DNA of 64,000 nt, from positions 5,830,001-5,894,000 of the forward strand of contig JASTWF010000033.1 of NCBI GenBank assembly GCA_030390025.1, read 5' to 3'. Position numbers and translations under genes: made by a program. Under the pieces are notes generated by a model that ran no database searches, was not told where the DNA came from, and saw only the letters and a program-made list of their open reading frames with translations. This DNA is from Squalus acanthias. Lineage: Eukaryota. Positions 58,777 to 64,000 of the stretch are shown piece by piece (position 1 is the first letter of the stretch; each line of letters opens with the position of its first letter).

Positions 58777-61700
58777 TCTCGCCATTCCTGGTATCAGCCT
58801 GGTGAATCGCCGCTGCACCCCCTCCATGGCAAGAACATCTTTCCTCAGATGAGGCGACCAAAACTGTACACAGTACTCGAGGTGTGGTCTCACCAGTGCC
58901 CTGTACAGCTGCAGCAAGGTATCCCTGTTCCTGTATTCCAACCCTTTTGCTATGAAGGCCAGCATACCGTTTGCCTTCTTGATCGCCTGTTGCACCTGCA
59001 TGCTCGCCTTCAGTCACTGGTGTACAAGAACACCCAGGTCTCTCTGTACTTCCCCCTCTCCCAATTTATTGCCATTTAAATAATAATTTGCCCTCCCGTT
59101 CCTGCACCCAAGGTGGATAACTTCGCACTTGTCCACATTATAGTGCATCTGCCATTTATCCGCCCAATCACCCAGTCTGTCCAAATCGCTCTGGAGCTTC
59201 CTGGTCTCCTCCTCTGAGCCCACCCCCCCTCCTAGTTTAGTGTCGTCTGCAAATTTGGAAATGCTGCATCCGACTCCCTGATCCAGGTCATTAATGTAAA
59301 TTGTGAACAGCTGGGGACCCAGGACAGATCCCTGTGGTACCCCACTTGTTACTGCCTGCCATTCAGAAAATGAGCCGTTTATTCCAACTCTCTGTTTTCT
59401 ATCTGACAGCCAGTTCTCTATCCACGTCAATACTTTCCCCTTTATCCCATGAGCTTCAATTTTCCCTGCTAATCTTTTATGTGGGACCTTATCGAAGGCC
59501 TTTTGGAAGTCCAGGTACACCACATCTACTGGCTCTCCTCCATCTATTTTACCAGTTACTCCCTCAAAAAATTCCAATAGATTAGTCAAGCACGATTTAC
59601 CCTTTGTAAATCCATGTTGACTCTGTCCTATCCTGTCCCCATTTGCTAAGTGCTCCGCTATTTCATCCTTAATGATGGACTCCAGCATTTTGCCCACAAC
59701 TGATGTAAGGCTTACAGGTCTGTAATTACCTGCTTTTTCCCTACCCCCCTTTTTGAATAGTGGGGTAACGTTAGCTACCCTCCAATCCATGGGCACTGTT
59801 CCCGAGTCTAATGAATTCTGAAAAATCATACTTAGTGCATCCGCTATCTCTAGGGCCACCTCCTTCAGCACCCTAGGATGCATGTTATCAGGCCCTGGGG
59901 ATTTGTCCGCCTTCAATCCCTTTAGCTTCCTTAACACCATATCCTTAGAGATATTGACTTGCGTCAGTTCCTCCTTTGCAAATGTCCCTATTTTTCCCGA
60001 TATCCCAGGGAGGTTTTTTGTGTCTTCCTTCGTAAAGACTGACCCAAAGTATGCATTTAGTTGGTCTGCCATTTCCTTATTTCCGTTATATATTCCCCCG
60101 TATCTGACTGCAATGGGCCAACTTTGGTTTTCACCAGTCTTTTCCTCTTGATATACTTATAAAAGCTTTTGGAGTTAGTTTTTATATTTTCCGCCAGCTT
60201 GCTTTCGTAAGCTATTTTGCCCCTCTTGATTAAGCCCTTTGTCCTCCTTTGCTCTATCTTAAACTGTTCCCAATCTTCCGCTCTGGCGCTTTTTTTGGCT
60301 ATTTTATACGCCCTATCTTTGGATTTTATGCTGTCTCTAATTTCCCCTGTTATCCACGGTTGAGTCACCTTTTTAGATTTCCTTTTATGCCAGATTGGTA
60401 TAAACAATTTTTGCAATTTTGTCATTCTATCTTTAAATGCTTGCCATTGTTTATCTACCTCCAGTCCTCCCAGGAACGTTGTCCAATCAGACCTACTCAG
60501 TCCCGTCTAATGGCATCATAATTCCCCTTGTTTAAATTCAGGACCTTAGTATCTGAGTCAATTTCTTCGCTCTCCATTTCGAGTGAGAAATCGATCATGT
60601 TATGATCGCTCTGACCCAAGGGTCCCCGTACAACAAGATTACTAATTAGTCCCTTCTCATTGCACAGTACCCAGTCCAATATAGCCTGTTCCCGAGTTGG
60701 TTCCTCGACATATTGATCCAGATAACCATCCCTTAAACACTCAAGGAATTCCTCCTCCTCATTATTTTTACTGATTAGGCTATTCCAATCTATATGTAAG
60801 TTAAAGTCACCTATGATGACAGCTGTGCTCTTATTGCACGCTTCTCTAATTTCCCTCGTGATGCCCTCCCCAACCTCTATTTTACTATTTGGAGGCCTAT
60901 ATACCACTCCTATTAATGTTTTTCGCCCCTCGCTATTTCTTAGCTCCACCCATATAGATTCTGTACTAACTGAGTTAATATCCTTCCTTTCAATTGCATT
61001 TATCCCTTCTTTTACCAGCAATGCTACCCCTCCTCCCTTTCTTTTTTGTCGATCCTTCCTAAATACTGAATACCCCTGTATGTTAAGCTCCCAGCCCTGC
61101 TCACCCTGCAACCATGTTTCCGTAATCCCAATTAGATCATAATTATTAACCTCTATTTCCACAGCTAATTCATCTACCTTGTTCCTGATGCTTCTCGCAT
61201 TAAGGTATAAAACCCTCAGGCTTTTTTTATGCTCACATTTTTTATGAATTAGTTTGGCCCTTTGTTTTTTGTTCCTCACTCTTTTACCATTTATTTCTGT
61301 CTGCCTTTCACTTTCCTCTATTTCACTACATAGGTTTCTAGCCCCCTGCCATACTAGTTTAAATGCTCCCGAACTGCTTTATCAAAAATTACCCCGAGAA
61401 CATCAGTTCCATCTTTGCACAGGTGTAGACCGTCCCTTTTGTATAGGTCACACCTACCACAAAACTGGTTCCAATGCCTCAAAAATTTAAAACCCTCCCT
61501 CTTACACCACTGCTCAAGCCACGTATTTAGCCTAACTATCCTGTTCTCTGTACTCTTACTAGCACGTGGCACTGGTAGTAATCCAGAGATTACTACCTTC
61601 GAGGTCCTACTTTTTAGCTTGGCTCCTAACTCCCTAAATTCTACTTGTAGGACCTCTTCCCTTTTTTTAGCTACGTCGTTGGTACCAACATGTATCACGA

Positions 61701-62238
61701 CAACTGGCTGTTCCCCCTCCCCCTCCAGAATGTTCTGCACCCGCGCCGAGACATCCTTGACCCTTGCACCAGGGAGGCAACATACCATCCTGGAGTCTCG
61801 GTCGCGACCACAGAAACCCCTATCTATTCCCCTTACAATCGAATCCCCTATTACTATAGCCCTGCCACTCTTTTTCCCTCCCTTCTTTGCAACAGAGCCA
61901 GTCATGCTGCCATGAGCCTGGCTGCTGGTGCCTTCCCCCGATGAGTCATCCCCCCCGACAACAGCACCTAAGGCGGTGAACCTGTTGCTAAGGGAGACAA
62001 CCCCAGGGGATTTCTGCACTACCTTCCTGCCCTTGCTCTGCCTTTTGGTCACCCATGTACTATCTACGCTGGCCTTAACCTGCGGTGTGACCAACTCACT
62101 AAATGTGTTATCCACAACCCTCTCAGAATCGTGGATGCTCCAAAGTGAGTCCATCCGCAGCTCAAGAGCCACCACCCTCCTTAAATGCTGTTCACCTGGG
62201 AGCTTCCCACCTGGTCCGCTTCCGGTCTCGTCTCTCCG

Positions 62239-62619
62239 GACACTGGCCTCTGCAAAAAAAAGCCCGCGAAAGTGAGTTTAAATACTCACTGTGCTGCTGC
62301 TCTCTCCGCTCCCGACACTGGCCTCTGCAAAAAAAAGCCCGCGAAAGTGAGTTTAAATACTCACTGTGCTGCTGCTCTCTCCGCTCCCGACACTGGCCTC
62401 TGCAAAAAAAGCCCGCGAAAGTGAGTTTAACTACTCACTGTGCTGCTGCTCTCTCCGCTCCCGACACTGGCCTCTGCAAAAAAAGCCCGCGAAAGTGAGT
62501 TTAAATACTCACTGTGCTGCTGCTCTCTCCGCTCCCGACACTGGCCTCTGCAAAAAAAGCCCGCGAAAGTGAGTTTAAATACTCACTGTGCTGCTGCTCT
62601 CTCCGCTCCCGACACTGGC
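62239..62619 (-). repeat. Five 74-75-bp monomers forming the CR1 5' UTR
   Basis: Starts at 62239, 62314, 62389, 62463, 62537 and 62611; each contains the hairpin AGTGAGT-ttaaat-ACTCACT. Confidence 0.92.
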
Positions 62620-62899
62620 ATATGTTAGGGGGAATTAACTACGTGGGGTTACGGGGGTAGGGTGGGATATGTGTACTGTGGGGATTAAAGCAGGGACAGG
62701 GTACTGGATTTGGATGATCAGCCATGATCGTATTGAATGGCGGAGCAGGCTCGACGGGCCGAATGGCCTACTCCTGCTCCTAGATTCTATGTTTCTATGT
62801 ACTTGTCGTGTAATGTGGGGTGTCCCTTCGCTTATTTCGTGAGGCATACGATTCCCAGCAGTAATCCCACCTTCATGGTGAAGTTTCCCTGTAAATTAA

Positions 62900-64000
62900 G
62901 CAGAAGCCTGGTCGTCAGCAGAGGTTAGTTTATCTCTGGTGTTTATTCCATTGATCCTGTGGGATTTAAGGTCAGATGGGTTATTGCTGTATCGTTTATA
63001 ATTGAGTCCAATGTTTCCATCTCTCTTTACCCTCATATCTATACATGCACACATGTCGCTGGTCATGATAACCTCAAATGGTCCAGTCCATCTTTGTGAG
63101 AATCCCGATCTCTCTGGCAATATTTTAACAAATACCTGCTCGCCCACCTTGGGTAGGGGCTCCGAGGCCCCCTGCTTTTGATATTTTTATCTCTGATGTC
63201 TTGTTCTTTAACTTCTTGTTTGAGCTCCTTCAATTGATTATCCAATGTTTGTACGCATTTCCTAATTTTATCTTTTAAGGGTCCTAGTCCCTCACTGCCA
63301 GATGCTACTCCTTCCGGCAGACGCATGGCTCGTCCAGTCATGAGTTCATATGGTGTCAGTCCGGTCACCCTGTTTGGGGTGGCTCTCAGTCTCATCAGGG
63401 TACACGGAAGGACATCCACCCATCCCTGTCCGGTTTCGGCTATGGCCTTGCTTAAGGCTGTTTTCAGGTTCTGTTCATTCGCTCTACCATGCCTGAGCTT
63501 TGCGGATGATAGGGTATATAGAACTTCTGTCTTACTCCTAGTAACTTACAAGTTTCTTTCATTACCTTTCCCGTAAAGTGGGTACCTTGATCTGAATCTA
63601 TTTACAACGGGACCCCACATCTCGGTATCACGGTCGTATGCAAATATTCGGGCCACAGTCTGAGCACTACAGTCTTTGGTGGGGAATGCTTCCACCCACC
63701 TTGTAAACTGGTCTATGATCACTAAACAGTATTTCTTCCCTCTACTGTTATTCTACCAACTGCTATTGGTGTAGGCATCTCTGTGTCCTGCCGCTGCTCT
63801 TGCTGCCTGATCAGCTAACATATTTCCTTTTTGTTGCTCGCTCACTATCTTGCAGTGTGCCTTTATTTTAATCACTGCTACCTCGTCTGCTCCTTTTACC
63901 GCTTCTACTCGGTGTCTCACTACTTCCTCCTGCTGTATTTCTCCTCCTCTGGAGGTTACATATCCTCTCCTATTCATATAACCATGTACTACCCCAAACA
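62900..64000 (-). pseudogene. pol: pol 3' part (RNase H, integrase) of the second ERV; integrase HHCC region apparently deleted
   Basis: ORFs 63753-63977, 63063-63419 and 62896-63147; YCLVIIDQFTRWVEAFPT near 63680-63735. Confidence 0.82.

Larger units (their letters stand above)
55087..62620 (-). mobile_element. Outer CR1 LINE (55087-55527 and about 58780-62620), disrupted ORF2, ORF1 N-terminus deleted
   Basis: ORFs 61354-62175, 60497-61279, 60057-60425, 59014-60072, 58774-59001 and 55178-55546. Confidence 0.92.
54841..62801 (+). mobile_element. HE1/V-SINE-type tRNA-derived SINE split by a CR1 insertion (54841-55086 and 62623-62801)
   Basis: A box ggtggcatagtggtt, B box ggttcgaatc, V-domain gtctgcgtgggtttcctccgggtgctccggtttcctcccaca, CR1-derived tail; CpG-decayed TSD tcatcatgtaac / ttgtcgtgtaat. 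Confidence 0.85.
53100..62876 (-). pseudogene. env: env, F-protein-like class I fusion glycoprotein; coding pieces 62802-62876 and about 53100-54840
   Basis: Acceptor tttacag then caccATG MKVGLLLGIVCL; decayed cleavage site RIKMS; fusion peptide LGIDILTGINTGTSFINALDI; heptad; Cys-rich region; PWYEKLWD; TM IISQILVIVQLVM. Confidence 0.78.
52354..64000 (-). mobile_element. Second endogenous retrovirus (RNase H-IN-env-3' LTR), continuing beyond the window; env interrupted by a SINE and nested CR1s
   Basis: RNase H VAVIKIKAH..GNMLADQAA; IN TGLTPYELMTGR and RWTGPFEV; env pieces; PPT aaaagggggg near 53000-53009. Confidence 0.85.

Noticed and set aside
62103..62628. Repetitive peptide ORFs
   Set aside because: Translations of the 74-75-bp UTR monomers

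Overview
Repeat-dense vertebrate genomic DNA, most likely from a shark or other cartilaginous fish (HE1/V-SINE, shark-type CR1 LINEs, GPR139-like receptor). The only host gene is the 3' half of a class A GPCR (1-491). The rest is nested mobile DNA: about 11 CR1 LINE copies from several subfamilies (one with an uninterrupted ORF2), a 29-bp G/C-skewed satellite containing a solo LTR, a near-complete lokiretrovirus-like endogenous retrovirus (12606-25007), a Mag-type Gypsy element at the centre of an inverted duplication, a second retrovirus on the minus strand (52354 to past the window end), a TIR element, and four fold-back Penelope-type insertions, three of which carry hammerhead ribozyme cores. 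Main candidates for undescribed biology: (1) a U_UUA_AAC slippery heptamer directly before the ORF1 stop in all five CR1 ORF1/ORF2 junctions, with ORF2 in the -1 frame and, in one subfamily, no AUG before the endonuclease, which suggests programmed -1 frameshifting; (2) a non-coding hammerhead fold-back retroelement family with covarying stems, one copy folding back at the predicted cleavage site; (3) two homologous F-protein-like env genes on different pol backbones, one carrying an extra Ig-like domain. All calls are by eye; no searches were run.
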